Source: an uncultured archaeon (lineage in GTDB: Archaea; Aenigmatarchaeota; Aenigmatarchaeia; CG10238-14; SCSR01). From it: a stretch of 64,000 nucleotides of DNA. The stretch's first letter is position 1. Every line of letters begins with the position of its first letter. The stretch covers positions 8,741 through 72,740 of the forward strand of contig CAZIJH010000002.1 in assembly GCA_964539655.1 (NCBI GenBank), written 5' to 3'. Positions 1 to 8,421 of the stretch are shown here, piece by piece. The position numbers were made by a program, and so were the translations under genes. A model generated the notes under the pieces. That model did not search any database. It saw nothing but the letters and a program-made list of their open reading frames with translations, and had not been told where the DNA came from.

Positions 1-57
1 GAGGGAAAGGAAATTCTGAAAGAAGTTGTCAAGGAAATTTCCGGGCTGAAGAAGTAG
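1..57 (+). CDS. Ribosomal protein L7Ae, C-terminal fragment (5' partial)
   Basis: Frame 1 reads ...EGKEILKEVVKEISGLKK* with stop at 55-57. Its position immediately upstream of S28e-L24e matches the conserved archaeal L7Ae-S28e-L24e cluster. Confidence 0.4.
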   Translation, partial: EGKEILKEVVKEISGLKK

Positions 58-69
58 GTGTGATTAGTT

Positions 70-279
70 GTGGCTCAAGAATCGGTCCCGGCTGAAGTTC
101 TGCAAGTTCTTGGAAGGACAGGAGTGCGCGGAGTCACGCAGGTGAGATGCAAGGTTTTGGACGGATCCGACAGGGGAAAAATTTTGACGAGAAACATAAC
201 AGGCCCGGTCAGAGTCGGAGACATTCTGATGCTTAGGGAAACAGAAATGGAAACAGCTGTCAGGATGGAAGCGAGGTAA
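70..279 (+). CDS. rps28e: 30S ribosomal protein S28e
   Basis: 69 aa with the ...[15 protein letters not shown]... S28e signature. It lies adjacent to L24e. Confidence 0.85.
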   Translation: MAQESVPAEVLQVLGRTGVRGVTQVRCKVLDGSDRGKILTRNITGPVRVGDILMLRETEMETAVRMEAR

Positions 280-284
280 GCCGG

Positions 285-440
285 ATGAAATGCTCATTTT
301 GCGGAACAGACATCAGGCGAGGAACAGGAAAGATGTTTGTGAAGAACACCGGAGAGCTTTCATATTTTTGCTCGAGCAAGTGCGAGAAGAACAACGCGAT
401 GGGAAGAAACTCGAAAAAACTGAAGTGGGCAAAGAAGTAA
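285..440 (+). CDS. rpl24e: 50S ribosomal protein L24e (51 aa, below ORF-track cutoff)
   Basis: Read manually: [51 protein letters not shown]. This is the C4 zinc-ribbon L24e pattern, immediately after S28e. Confidence 0.8.
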   Translation: MKCSFCGTDIRRGTGKMFVKNTGELSYFCSSKCEKNNAMGRNSKKLKWAKK

Positions 441-477
441 ATCCCTTTTTCTGTCAATATAGTTAAGAATAGTTTAC

Positions 478-552
478 GGGCCAGTAGATCAGTCCGGTTA
501 GATCGTTCGCATGGCATGCGAAAGGCCTCGGGTTCAAATCCCGACTGGTCCA
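478..552 (+). tRNA. tRNA-Ala (anticodon GGC)
   Basis: 75-nt cloverleaf. Acceptor GGGCCAG/CTGGTCC carries the G3:U70 Ala identity pair. Anticodon stem is TTCGC/GCGAA with loop ATGGCAT. T-arm is TCGGG-TTCAAAT-CCCGA. Discriminator is A and there is no encoded CCA. Confidence 0.8.
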
Positions 553-559
553 CAAATAT

Positions 560-1336
560 TCAAAAGAATCTCCACTGATTATCATTCTTAGTTGCATAAG
601 AGCCGTCTTCTCTGCATTCCAAAAGAGGGAACTGGTATTTGTTGTATTCCAACGGGGACGTCAACCCGTCTGATTCTCTGATCGTTCCCGAACCGCACAA
701 ATAATAAATTTCATTGTATCCTTTCTGCTTCAGGTACCTGCCAGCCGCTCTCAACGTATCGCCCTCCGAGATGCATTCATCGACAACCAGAACAGGCCTG
801 CCCGGATTTTCCTCTAAAATTTTGGTTTCGGATTTTGGGATATACAGTCCCGGTGGAACAATTTTCCCGCTTTCGAATGTGGACTCGTACCCTTCCCTGC
901 AATTGCTGAGCAGCACCATGCCATGCGACTTGTTCAATTTTCGCAGATAGGATTCAACCAAAGAAGAATACGGCAGTCCGGAGACCAGCACGGAAACTGT
1001 CAGATATTTGCCCGGCAAATTGCCAGCAGGATTTTCTTCGACCGCTCTCTTCAAACTAAGGAAGGATGTTGGACAGATGCTGATAATTTTGCGCCCTCCG
1101 GAAGAATACAACAGGGTGTCGCTGCATTCCAGACATATTTTATCCTGAACGGCGTCCCCGAACAAAACAGAGTTTTGTTTAATCTGGCTCACAATTTTTT
1201 CTTTCGACTGCTCGTCCAAATTGGAAGAAGGGTCGAACAAACTGTACCAACGGGCGCGCAATTGGTCCAAATCCATATAAGTTTCGTATAGTCTCATCAG
1301 TTCGTTCAAAAACAGAATGTCCTGTTCCTTCGACAT
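560..1336 (-). CDS. Phosphoribosyltransferase (PRTase type I) domain protein with ~100-aa N-terminal extension
   Basis: The VLVVDECISEGDTLRAAGRYLKQKG motif is a PRPP-binding loop. Start was chosen at ATG MSKEQDILF (1334-1336) rather than the upstream alternative start. Confidence 0.6.
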   Translation of the reverse strand: MSKEQDILFLNELMRLYETYMDLDQLRARWYSLFDPSSNLDEQSKEKIVSQIKQNSVLFGDAVQDKICLECSDTLLYSSGGRKIISICPTSFLSLKRAVEENPAGNLPGKYLTVSVLVSGLPYSSLVESYLRKLNKSHGMVLLSNCREGYESTFESGKIVPPGLYIPKSETKILEENPGRPVLVVDECISEGDTLRAAGRYLKQKGYNEIYYLCGSGTIRESDGLTSPLEYNKYQFPLLECREDGSYATKNDNQWRFF

Positions 1337-1411
1337 TGTTGTAAGATGTCCGAAAAGGTTTAAATTATTGACTAAAAATGTCTTTGGCAAACCTTTAAAA
1401 ATTCTCCATTC

Positions 1412-1433
1412 TTATTATACTTACATTATATAG
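1412..1433 (+). promoter_or_regulatory. Candidate archaeal TATA/BRE promoter for leaderless S13-S4-S11-RpoD operon
   Basis: TTATTATAC and ACATTATATAG lie 10-31 nt upstream of the S13 ATG at 1443. There is no Shine-Dalgarno sequence, which is consistent with a leaderless transcript. Confidence 0.3.
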
Positions 1434-1442
1434 TGTGATAGA

Positions 1443-2063
1443 ATGGCGAAAGGAAAAGCAAAGGACTTGGACAAAGCCGAGGAAAAAAAGGAAGAGAAGA
1501 AAGAGGAGAAGCCTAAGAAGCTCGACAAAAAAGTCGAAGCTGTTTCTCTTGTCCGTCTCGTAGGAACCGATCTCAATGGTGACAAGTCCGTATTGAATGC
1601 AATCAAAAATGTCAAAGGTGTCAGCCACGCGATGGCGAAGGCCGTATGCAACGTTTCCGGAATGGACTGCAGCGTGAAGCTAAACACTCTGGACGAATCC
1701 CAACTGAAAAAATTCGAAGAGATAATCAAGGACCCTATAAAATTCGGAATTCCCAATTTTTTGGTGAACAGGAAAATCGATGTGGAAACCGGTCAGACAA
1801 TGCATCTCACGGGATCCGACCTGACGGTAGCCAACAAGTTCGACATCCAGAGATACGTTGATTTGAAAAATTATCGCGGATGGAGGCACGTTTTGGGACA
1901 GCCAGTTCGCGGACAGAAGACACGCTCGCACTTCAGGCAGAAGGGACGCGTTGTCGGAGTCATGAGAAAGGCGATCAAGCTGCAGATGGGCGGAAAGTCT
2001 GCGGAAGCCGGAGCGGCCGCTCCAGCTGCACCAGCAGCGGCGAAGAAGGAAGAGAAGAAGTGA
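1443..2063 (+). CDS. rps13: 30S ribosomal protein S13 (uS13) with Lys/Glu-rich N- and C-terminal extensions
   Basis: Conserved core ...RGWRHVLGQPVRGQKTRSHFRQKGR... The order S13-S4-S11 is preserved. Confidence 0.9.
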   Translation: MAKGKAKDLDKAEEKKEEKKEEKPKKLDKKVEAVSLVRLVGTDLNGDKSVLNAIKNVKGVSHAMAKAVCNVSGMDCSVKLNTLDESQLKKFEEIIKDPIKFGIPNFLVNRKIDVETGQTMHLTGSDLTVANKFDIQRYVDLKNYRGWRHVLGQPVRGQKTRSHFRQKGRVVGVMRKAIKLQMGGKSAEAGAAAPAAPAAAKKEEKK

Positions 2064-2067
2064 TCGG

Positions 2068-2550
2068 ATGAAGAGATCGAGAAAAAAATACGAGACGCCG
2101 GGACGCCCGTTCGACAAGCAGAGAATCGAGGTAGAGAACAAGCTGATGAAAGCCTACGGACTGAAAACCAAAAAAGATCTTTGGGTGATGGAAGCCCTGC
2201 TCAGAAAATACAGAAGGCTCGCCAGGGAGCTTGCCGCGAAAAAAGACAAGGAAAGGGAGATTCTAATTGTAGAGAAAATGATAAAGCTCGGACTGATAAA
2301 CCAGGGATCTCATCTCGACGACATACTCGGGATGAATATCAACAACGTGCTCGAAAGAAGGTTGCAGACGGTCGTCTTCAGAAAGGGGATCGCGAACAGC
2401 GTAAACCATGCAAGACAACTTATTGTGCACGGAAAAATTTCAGTCGAGGGAAAGAAAGTGAAATATCCAAGTTATATAACTTCGAGGGACGAGGAAGCTA
2501 AACTCCAGAATCTTTCAACTGAATCAAGCAAGGTGACGAAGAATGCCTAA
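2068..2550 (+). CDS. rps4: 30S ribosomal protein S4 (uS4)
   Basis: 160 aa with an S4 RNA-binding domain (...[25 protein letters not shown]...). Confidence 0.9.
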   Translation: MKRSRKKYETPGRPFDKQRIEVENKLMKAYGLKTKKDLWVMEALLRKYRRLARELAAKKDKEREILIVEKMIKLGLINQGSHLDDILGMNINNVLERRLQTVVFRKGIANSVNHARQLIVHGKISVEGKKVKYPSYITSRDEEAKLQNLSTESSKVTKNA

Positions 2551-2935
2551 GGAAGAGAAATGGGGAGTCGCCCACGTGTTTTCGACAGCGAACAACACTC
2601 TGATACACATAACAGACCAGACAGGATCGGAAACTATTTCCCGTTATTCGTCAGGAATGATGACCGACAAGGACAGAGAGGGAGGAAATCCATTCCCTGC
2701 GATGCTAGCCGCGAAGAAGGCCGGAGAGGAAGCAATAATGAAAGGTATAACCGGCGTGCACATACTTGTCAGGGCAAAGGGAGGAACAAAATCAAAATCC
2801 CCCGGAGCAGGAGCCCAGCCCGCGATCCGTGCGCTCGCAAGAGTGGGACTGAGGATCGGGATGATCGAAGACGTTACTCCGGTTATACACGGAAAGATGC
2901 GCGCCAAAGGCGGAAGGCGTGGAAGAAGAGTATAA
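2543..2935 (+). CDS. rps11: 30S ribosomal protein S11 (uS11)
   Basis: 130 aa, [18 protein letters not shown]... is typical of S11. It overlaps S4 by 8 nt. Confidence 0.9.
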   Translation: MPKEEKWGVAHVFSTANNTLIHITDQTGSETISRYSSGMMTDKDREGGNPFPAMLAAKKAGEEAIMKGITGVHILVRAKGGTKSKSPGAGAQPAIRALARVGLRIGMIEDVTPVIHGKMRAKGGRRGRRV

Positions 2936-2985
2936 ACTTTAAATTGGTTCAAAAACCTAATCTACAGTTATTGACGTGATTCAAG

Positions 2986-3597
2986 ATGAAAATAAACGTG
3001 CTCGAAAAAAACGGAATGGAAATGAAATTCTCGGTCGAGGGAATAAAGGATTCTTTCGCGTCGGCATTGAGAAGAATTATGATGACCGAAGTTTCCACCA
3101 TGGCAGTCGAGTTTGTAGATTTTAAGAAAAACGATTCGGCGCTGAACGACGAGATCATTGCGAACAGGATCGGACTCATCCCTCTCACTTTTGACAAGGA
3201 CGCTTACAACCTTCCGAAAGAATGCAAGTGCGAAGGCAAGGGATGCAGCAACTGCCAGGTTAAAATGGTTTTGAAAAAAGTCGGGCCCGCTGTTGTTTAT
3301 TCGGGAGACTTCAAGTCGACTGCGAAAGATGTGAAGCCAGTGTTCGACAAGATCCCGATAACGGAACTTTTCGAGGGGCAGGAGATACAACTTGAAGCAA
3401 CCGCACAACTCGGATTCGGGCGCGAGCATGCGAAGTGGCAGGGAGCAGTAGTCGGATACAAGCAGGAAAAGGATTCGTTTGTTTTCAATGTCGAGAGCGT
3501 TTCCGGAAGGCCGGTCGACGAACTGGTTATCGAGTCAGGAAAGATTCTCGAGCAGAAATTCGCCGACTTCGGCAAAGCAGTGAAGAAATTAAAATAG
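2986..3597 (+). CDS. rpoD: DNA-directed RNA polymerase subunit D (Rpo3)
   Basis: 203 aa with the conserved Rpo3 fold and a CxC...CxxC cysteine cluster (CKCEGKGCSNC). It follows S11 as in other archaea. Confidence 0.85.
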   Translation: MKINVLEKNGMEMKFSVEGIKDSFASALRRIMMTEVSTMAVEFVDFKKNDSALNDEIIANRIGLIPLTFDKDAYNLPKECKCEGKGCSNCQVKMVLKKVGPAVVYSGDFKSTAKDVKPVFDKIPITELFEGQEIQLEATAQLGFGREHAKWQGAVVGYKQEKDSFVFNVESVSGRPVDELVIESGKILEQKFADFGKAVKKLK

Positions 3598-3621
3598 ATT
3601 CTAATTCCATATTCTAATTAC

Positions 3622-3747
3622 GCAGGGGTCGCCTAGGCTGGCAATGGCGCAGGACTTAAGTTATACGCGACTTAAGTGTTGAACAAAAGATGATATGAGA
3701 AATCCTGTGGGTTAGTCCCTTCGAGGGTTCAAATCCCTCTCCCTGCA
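3622..3747 (+). tRNA. tRNA-Leu (anticodon TAA), class II with long variable arm, with a 41-nt intron at 3661-3701
   Basis: Acceptor is GCAGGGG/TCCCTGC with discriminator A73. The D-arm is long. Anticodon stem is CAGGA(3650-3654)/TCCTG(3703-3707). Exon 1 ends ...CTTAAG, giving loop C-T-TAA-G-A after splicing at the canonical 37/38 position. The variable arm is TGGGTTAGTCCCTTC. The T-arm is GAGGG-TTCAAAT-CCCTC. Mature length is 85 nt. Confidence 0.75.
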
Positions 3748-3749
3748 CT

Positions 3750-4154
3750 TTATTTTTTTGAAAATTTTGATTTAGCATCCGCATCGAATTCAAAATAATT
3801 GCAAGTTATTTCCTCTCCTTTCTGGATATCTTTGCTAGCATATGTGAAATCTTCATCGACAGGATTATCTGTATTTGGATTTTCTGCATGGTTGAAAAAT
3901 CTTGCATCGTCAACACAAATAACATAGCCTCCTTTCTTTGCATCGTAATAGCCGAAATGCAGAACAAATGATTTGTCGATTTTCGAAAGCTTATTCAGTC
4001 TATCTTTTTTGATTACAAAATCCAATCCTTTCACAAATTTCCAGACAATTTTTCCTTTAGGAATAAATTCTCCAGCAAACAATCCGATCCCATCAATCCG
4101 GCTTTTATCAATATAAGTTCTGACTTGAAGCATAATACAAAAATAGCTTTCCAA
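3750..4154 (-). CDS. SET-domain protein (putative protein-lysine methyltransferase)
   Basis: RFFNHAENPN (the NHSCxPN motif) and EEITCNYF (the post-SET-like GEE-TxxY) are SET signatures. Alternative start at M8 (4133). Confidence 0.7.
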   Translation of the reverse strand: MESYFCIMLQVRTYIDKSRIDGIGLFAGEFIPKGKIVWKFVKGLDFVIKKDRLNKLSKIDKSFVLHFGYYDAKKGGYVICVDDARFFNHAENPNTDNPVDEDFTYASKDIQKGEEITCNYFEFDADAKSKFSKK

Positions 4155-4190
4155 TTTAAAATTTATTTATTCATACTGCCAAAGTTACTT

Positions 4191-4340
4191 ATGGCTGTTG
4201 CAGGAATCTGTGCTAGCTGCGGAAGACCTGCGATCGGACTTTTCACCTGCCATTCATGTGGATCGAAAGTGTGCCCGCAATGCGTGATACCCGCGAGCAG
4301 CTTCTGCAAAATTTGTCAGGGAAGGAAAATGGTGAAGTGA
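4191..4340 (+). CDS. Small double zinc-ribbon protein (49 aa)
   Basis: MAVAGICASCGRPAIGLFTCHSCGSKVCPQCVIPASSFCKICQGRKMVK has four CxxC pairs. It is divergent from the SET gene. The ORF-track upstream extension runs through AT-rich promoter sequence and is unlikely to be coding. Confidence 0.5.
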   Translation: MAVAGICASCGRPAIGLFTCHSCGSKVCPQCVIPASSFCKICQGRKMVK

Positions 4341-4588
4341 CTTACGAAATCGTCGTTGGAATAGTCGGCGCAGGTTTTGTAATTCTCTCGTTTTTGCAGA
4401 AATCAATAAAGCTGACATACGGGCTGAACAGCGTCGGATGCATTTTCCTGCTTGCGTACTCGTACATTCTTTCGAACTGGGTGTTCGTCGGACTCAACGG
4501 AATGATATTTTTAATTACCGCGTACGATTTCATGCATTGGAAAAGAAAAGGATTTTCGAAAATTTACCACAAGCACAAACTGCAGTAA
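4337..4588 (+). CDS. Small membrane protein (2 predicted TM helices), GTG start overlapping zinc-ribbon stop
   Basis: The hydrophobic segments IVVGIVGAGFVILSFL and VGCIFLLAYSYILSNWVFVGLNGMIFLI suggest a membrane protein. GTG at 4337 overlaps the TGA of the upstream gene (GTGA). The longer ATG start at 4256 would overlap the zinc-ribbon CDS by 85 nt. Confidence 0.3.
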   Translation: MTYEIVVGIVGAGFVILSFLQKSIKLTYGLNSVGCIFLLAYSYILSNWVFVGLNGMIFLITAYDFMHWKRKGFSKIYHKHKLQ

Positions 4589-4597
4589 ACAATTAAT

Positions 4598-4954
4598 TTA
4601 GAATTTCATCAAACTGTCCACAAGCTTCTTCGTCGCTTCCTGTGAGTCTTCGCTCGTAGGCTTTATCAGATCGCTGACCATCCTCTCGATGACTTTTCTC
4701 TTCTCGGCCTCTCCGACAGAAACAATAGCAGTCCAAGGCTCCTTCAATTTTCCGACCATTTCACGAGTCTCGTCGAGCTGCTTTTTCATTTCGATGAGAG
4801 CTGTCCACAACTGAGAAATTTTTACGTCGTCGGCCTGAATGTAGGCTCCCTTGTGCCTCTTTGTCAAATACAAAAGACCCTCGAGAACTTCTCTCGACTC
4901 GTCTGTAAGAAGGTTTTTCCATTCTTCCTTTTCGTCGTCAGAAAGCCAACTCAT
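4598..4954 (-). CDS. Hypothetical protein (118 aa, charged/helical)
   Basis: The ORF was truncated to ATG MSWLSDDEKEEW... (4952-4954). The longer 280-aa reading overlaps the FKBP gene on the opposite strand. Confidence 0.5.
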   Translation of the reverse strand: MSWLSDDEKEEWKNLLTDESREVLEGLLYLTKRHKGAYIQADDVKISQLWTALIEMKKQLDETREMVGKLKEPWTAIVSVGEAEKRKVIERMVSDLIKPTSEDSQEATKKLVDSLMKF

Positions 4955-5041
4955 ACTTCTTTTTGTATGACTTGTTAAATTTAAATCCTTAATTGCAATA
5001 ATGAATTTAACTAAAAAGCAAAAATTTAAAAGTTGAACAAG

Positions 5042-5707
5042 ATGCAGACAGGAGATTTCGTTTCTATTGATTTTGTCGGAAGAGTGAAGGATACAAGGGA
5101 AATTTTCGATCTTACTTTCGAGGACGTTGCCAAAAAAGAAAATATCTACAATCCAAAAATAAAATACGAGCCGATAACGGTAGTCGTCGGCGCAGGTTTC
5201 GTAATTGTCGGACTTGACGACGCGATGAAAGAAATGAAAGTCGGCGAGAGGAAGACGATCGAGGTCGAGCCCGCGAAAGGATTCGGCGAGAGGAAGCCCG
5301 AGCTTGTCAGACTCATTCCACTTTCCTCGTTCAAGGACCAGAACACAGATCCCACTCCGGGAAGCTACGTAAGCATCAACGGAATCAACGGAAGGATTGT
5401 CAGCTCGGGCGGAGGAAGAATCAGTGTTGATTTCAATCACCCTCTTGCGGGCAAGAAACTGGAATACGACATCGAGATCAAGAAACTCGTGACGGACACT
5501 AATGAAAAAGTAAAATCAATTGTCGCTTATTTTGCAAACCTGGAAAAGGACGGCGTCGAGGTCGCGCTGAAAGAGAAGGAAGCCGAAGTGAAAATCAAGG
5601 GGAAGTCCGAGCTGAAAACCGAAGGAAAGAAACTCATCGCGGACAGGATCATCGAATGGGTGAAGGAAGTCGAGAAAGTAAGGTTCGTCGAAGAGTTCGG
5701 CAAATAA
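5042..5707 (+). CDS. FKBP-type peptidyl-prolyl cis-trans isomerase (archaeal long FKBP with IF insert and C-terminal domain)
   Basis: GDFVSIDFVGR..., VVVGAGFVIVGLDDAMKEMKVGE and ISVDFNHPLAGK are FKBP signatures. Confidence 0.8.
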   Translation: MQTGDFVSIDFVGRVKDTREIFDLTFEDVAKKENIYNPKIKYEPITVVVGAGFVIVGLDDAMKEMKVGERKTIEVEPAKGFGERKPELVRLIPLSSFKDQNTDPTPGSYVSINGINGRIVSSGGGRISVDFNHPLAGKKLEYDIEIKKLVTDTNEKVKSIVAYFANLEKDGVEVALKEKEAEVKIKGKSELKTEGKKLIADRIIEWVKEVEKVRFVEEFGK

Positions 5708-5768
5708 TATAAATGAATTTATCTTTGTTTCGCGGAATTAGTTATATTCTGTTCACTGGAATGATTTG

Positions 5769-6863
5769 ATGGGAATAAGACAGCTATCTGAAAAGCAGAC
5801 TGAATCGCGCAACAGTCAGGCCGACGAGGAATTGCGAGAGATTCTCGAGAGAAAGAAGACCCAGATAAAAGTCGTCGGATGCGGCGGAGCCGGTAACAAC
5901 ACGATTACGCGACTGAACCAAGTCGGAATTTTTGGAGCAGAAACAATCGCAGTCAACACCGACGCGCAGGATCTTCTTTACACGGATGCCGACAAAAAAA
6001 TTCTGATCGGGCGTGAGCTGACTTCCGGGCTGGGAGCCGGCGCGGATCCGCAGATCGGAATGGAGGCTGCGAAAGAAAGCAAGGACGAAATAAAGCACGC
6101 GCTGCAGGGTGCGGACATGGTGTTCCTAACATGCGGAATGGGCGGAGGTACCGGTACCGGATCAATTTCAGTTGTTGCTGATGTCGCGAAAAAACTTGGC
6201 GCGCTCACTGTGGCGATTGTGACATTGCCGTTCTCGATGGAAGGAAAGCACAGGGCAGCGAACGCGAGATTCGGGATCGATAATTTGGAGAATGTCGTCG
6301 ACACGATGATAGTTATACCGAACGACAAGCTCGTCGAAATAGTTCCTGATGTCCGGGTCGAAACTGCGTTCAAAGTCGCAGACGAAATTTTAGTAAATGC
6401 AGTTAAAGGGATCGCCGAACTTGTTACCAAACCTGGTCTGGTAAATCTAGATTTTGCAGACGTGCGCGCAGTTATGGGCCACGCAGGAATAGCGTTGATA
6501 GGCATGGGCGAAAGCGACACCGAAAACAGGGCGTTTGAAGCTGTTGAAAAGGCGCTCAACAATCCTCTTCTCAGCATCGACGTCGAAGGAGGTAATGGTG
6601 CGTTGGTGAACGTCATAGGCGGGCCTGATGTGACAGTAAGAGAATCGCAGCAGATAGTCGAGGCAGTTTCGTCAAGGCTTGCGCCCGACGCGAAAGTCAT
6701 ATGGGGAACGCAGATCGACAAATCTCTCGGCGACACCGTCAGGGCGATGCTCGTAATTACCGGAGTGAAAGCTCCCCACATATTCGGCCAGGACAAATCG
6801 TACGGAAAGACCGTCAAGAAAAAAGCGATCGAGGAAGAGCTCGGCGTGGAATTCGTCGAGTGA
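5769..6863 (+). CDS. ftsZ: Cell division GTPase FtsZ
   Basis: The tubulin signature GGGTGTG and the N-terminal [10 protein letters not shown] are present. ATG is at 5769; the ORF-track start at 5766 is TTG. Confidence 0.9.
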   Translation: MGIRQLSEKQTESRNSQADEELREILERKKTQIKVVGCGGAGNNTITRLNQVGIFGAETIAVNTDAQDLLYTDADKKILIGRELTSGLGAGADPQIGMEAAKESKDEIKHALQGADMVFLTCGMGGGTGTGSISVVADVAKKLGALTVAIVTLPFSMEGKHRAANARFGIDNLENVVDTMIVIPNDKLVEIVPDVRVETAFKVADEILVNAVKGIAELVTKPGLVNLDFADVRAVMGHAGIALIGMGESDTENRAFEAVEKALNNPLLSIDVEGGNGALVNVIGGPDVTVRESQQIVEAVSSRLAPDAKVIWGTQIDKSLGDTVRAMLVITGVKAPHIFGQDKSYGKTVKKKAIEEELGVEFVE

Positions 6864-6909
6864 AAAAGTTTTATAAATACTTCTCTTCAACTATAGATGA
6901 GAGCTGGTT

Positions 6910-7083
6910 ATGGCTTTGAACATCAAGGAGACATTGGAGAATTACAGAAGGGTTCTTGCAGTCAGCAGGAAGCCAACGATGGATGACTACAAGCTTACCG
7001 CAAAAATCAGCGCGGTCGGCATGATAGCGGTCGGCCTCGTCGGATTCGTAATCTATCTCTTGTCTGTCCTGTTCATAGGCTGA
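6910..7083 (+). CDS. secE: Preprotein translocase subunit SecE (Sec61 gamma), 57 aa
   Basis: Read manually: MALNIKETLENYRRVLAVSRKPTMDDYKLTAKISAVGMIAVGLVGFVIYLLSVLFIG. It has a single C-terminal TM helix and lies directly upstream of Spt5/NusG as in archaea. Confidence 0.75.
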   Translation: MALNIKETLENYRRVLAVSRKPTMDDYKLTAKISAVGMIAVGLVGFVIYLLSVLFIG

Positions 7084-7108
7084 AATCGGAAATTGGAGAA
7101 AAAATAAA

Positions 7109-7552
7109 ATGATATTCACATTGAAGACAGTCGTGGGAAGAGAGAACATAGTCATCGAGTCGGTAGCATCGAAAGCAAAGACCGAGAACATACAGATCCA
7201 GTCTCTGATACATCCGCAGGAAATAAAGGGATACGTGTTTATCGAAGGCGAACTCAGCGATGTCGAGAGGGCCGCTCAGTCCGTCCCTCACGTGAGAGGA
7301 ATAATAAAGAATCCGATCGAGATGAAGCAGATCCAGAGATTCCTGCAGCCGAAGACGATCGTCATAGAGCTCAATGTTGGAGACGTGGTCGAGGTTGTCG
7401 GTGGACCTTTCAAGGGAGAGAAAGGAAAAGTAACGAGATACGACAAAGTGAAGCGCGAGGTCACGATAGAACTTTTGGAAGTGACAGTTCCGATTCCGGT
7501 CACGGTCTCCGTAGAATTCGTGAGAGTCATCGAAAAAATCGGAGCCAAATAG
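7109..7552 (+). CDS. spt5: Transcription elongation factor Spt5 (NusG homolog), NGN + KOW
   Basis: 147 aa with the KOW motif GDVVEVVGGPFKGEKGKV. It sits in the SecE-Spt5-L11 context. Confidence 0.85.
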   Translation: MIFTLKTVVGRENIVIESVASKAKTENIQIQSLIHPQEIKGYVFIEGELSDVERAAQSVPHVRGIIKNPIEMKQIQRFLQPKTIVIELNVGDVVEVVGGPFKGEKGKVTRYDKVKREVTIELLEVTVPIPVTVSVEFVRVIEKIGAK

Positions 7553-7593
7553 GATTTAAATTGTTGCAAACAATTAATTCGAGATGATTTTAG

Positions 7594-8091
7594 ATGCCGA
7601 GAAAAGAAATTTTGGATTTGCTTATTGAAGGCGGGAAGGCCGCTCCTGGTCCAGCCACTGCTCCGAAATTGTCCGCATTGAAAGTAAACATCGGTGACCT
7701 TTTCAAGAAAGTAAACGACGCGACTAAGGACTACGCCGGAATGCAGGTTCCGGTGAAAGTGGAAATTGACAGGGATACGAAATTATTCGAAGTGAAAGTC
7801 GGAACTCCTCCGGTCTCCAGCCTGATAAAAAAGGAAATGGGAGTCGATCTCGCGAAAATAACCGAGGAAGAAAAAACGAAGGGGAAAGTTTCAGTCGGAG
7901 ATTTGAAAATGGATCAAGTTGTTAAGATTGCCAAAATGAAACAGGGTGCTCTGCTCGCGAAAGATTTGAAAGCGGCCGTGAAACAAATTCTCGGAACAGC
8001 CGCGAGCATGCCGATGACTGTCGAGGGTAGAAAGAGCAAGGAACTGATAAAGGAAGTTGACGAAGGCAAGTGGGATTCCGTAATTAGCTAA
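7594..8091 (+). CDS. rpl11: 50S ribosomal protein L11 (uL11)
   Basis: 165 aa. PGPATAPKLSALKVNIGDLFKKVNDATKDY... is typical of L11. Confidence 0.9.
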   Translation: MPRKEILDLLIEGGKAAPGPATAPKLSALKVNIGDLFKKVNDATKDYAGMQVPVKVEIDRDTKLFEVKVGTPPVSSLIKKEMGVDLAKITEEEKTKGKVSVGDLKMDQVVKIAKMKQGALLAKDLKAAVKQILGTAASMPMTVEGRKSKELIKEVDEGKWDSVIS

Positions 8092-8137
8092 TTCTATGTT
8101 TCCCAATTTTTTAAAATATCAAATTTATAATTGTCTG

Positions 8138-8163
8138 CTAACTTTGGACGAACCAAAAGTTAG
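8138..8163. terminator. Perfect 8-bp inverted repeat CTAACTTT-N10-AAAGTTAG between convergent L11 and Cas2-like genes, preceded by T-rich run
   Basis: Seen directly. The T6 tract at 8107-8112 followed by the hairpin is plausibly a bidirectional terminator. Confidence 0.3.
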
Positions 8164-8366
8164 AATACAATGTTCTCTTCCAAAATATTAGCAATCCCTC
8201 CGCAATTCCTGATCCATATCGCGATTTTCATCAGCTCCTTGATGTTGTCGGACTTCCAGACGGAATTCTGCATCTTCTTCGCATCAATCGATTTCAAAAG
8301 ACGGTTGACCTTAATAGCCAGAATCGACTGGCCTTTCGGGATATCGAATAATAACAAATAGCTCAT
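8160..8366 (-). CDS. Small Cas2/VapD-like protein (68 aa), function unknown
   Basis: N-terminal YLLLFDIPKG (the Cas2 beta-1 VxVxYDI pattern), then KVNRLLKSIDAKKMQNSVWKS resembling the Cas2 KVxKLLxxYGxRVQNSVFEC helix-strand. No CRISPR array nearby. The call is by pattern only. Confidence 0.4.
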   Translation of the reverse strand: MSYLLLFDIPKGQSILAIKVNRLLKSIDAKKMQNSVWKSDNIKELMKIAIWIRNCGGIANILEENIVF

Positions 8367-8421
8367 AAAGTGTTAAAAGTATGACAAATACATATAAAGA
8401 TTTGTATTATTTACAGGTCAA

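Noticed and set aside
1421-2141. Several minus-strand ORFs (1421-1756, 1680-2141) and plus-strand alternative-frame ORFs (1646-1861, 1880-2071, 2181-2501, 2560-2979)
   Set aside because: All lie inside the S13/S4/S11 genes in other frames. They are Arg/Ser-rich or low-complexity artefacts of GA-rich coding sequence.
3622-3747. Alternative fold of the tRNA as a class I tRNA with anticodon stem GGACT(3652-3656)/AGTCC(3714-3718) and a 57-nt insert
   Set aside because: That would leave a non-canonical loop. Reading it as class II Leu with anticodon stem CAGGA/TCCTG gives a canonical 37/38 intron, a UAA anticodon, A73 and a 15-nt variable arm that fits much better.
4598-5440. 280-aa minus-strand ORF
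   Set aside because: The N-terminal 160 aa overlap the FKBP gene on the opposite strand and are low-complexity. Only the C-terminal 118-aa part, starting at ATG 4954, was kept.
5978-6817. 279-aa minus-strand ORF antisense to ftsZ
   Set aside because: It is Ser/Thr/Ala-rich mirror translation of a well-supported FtsZ CDS, with no motifs.
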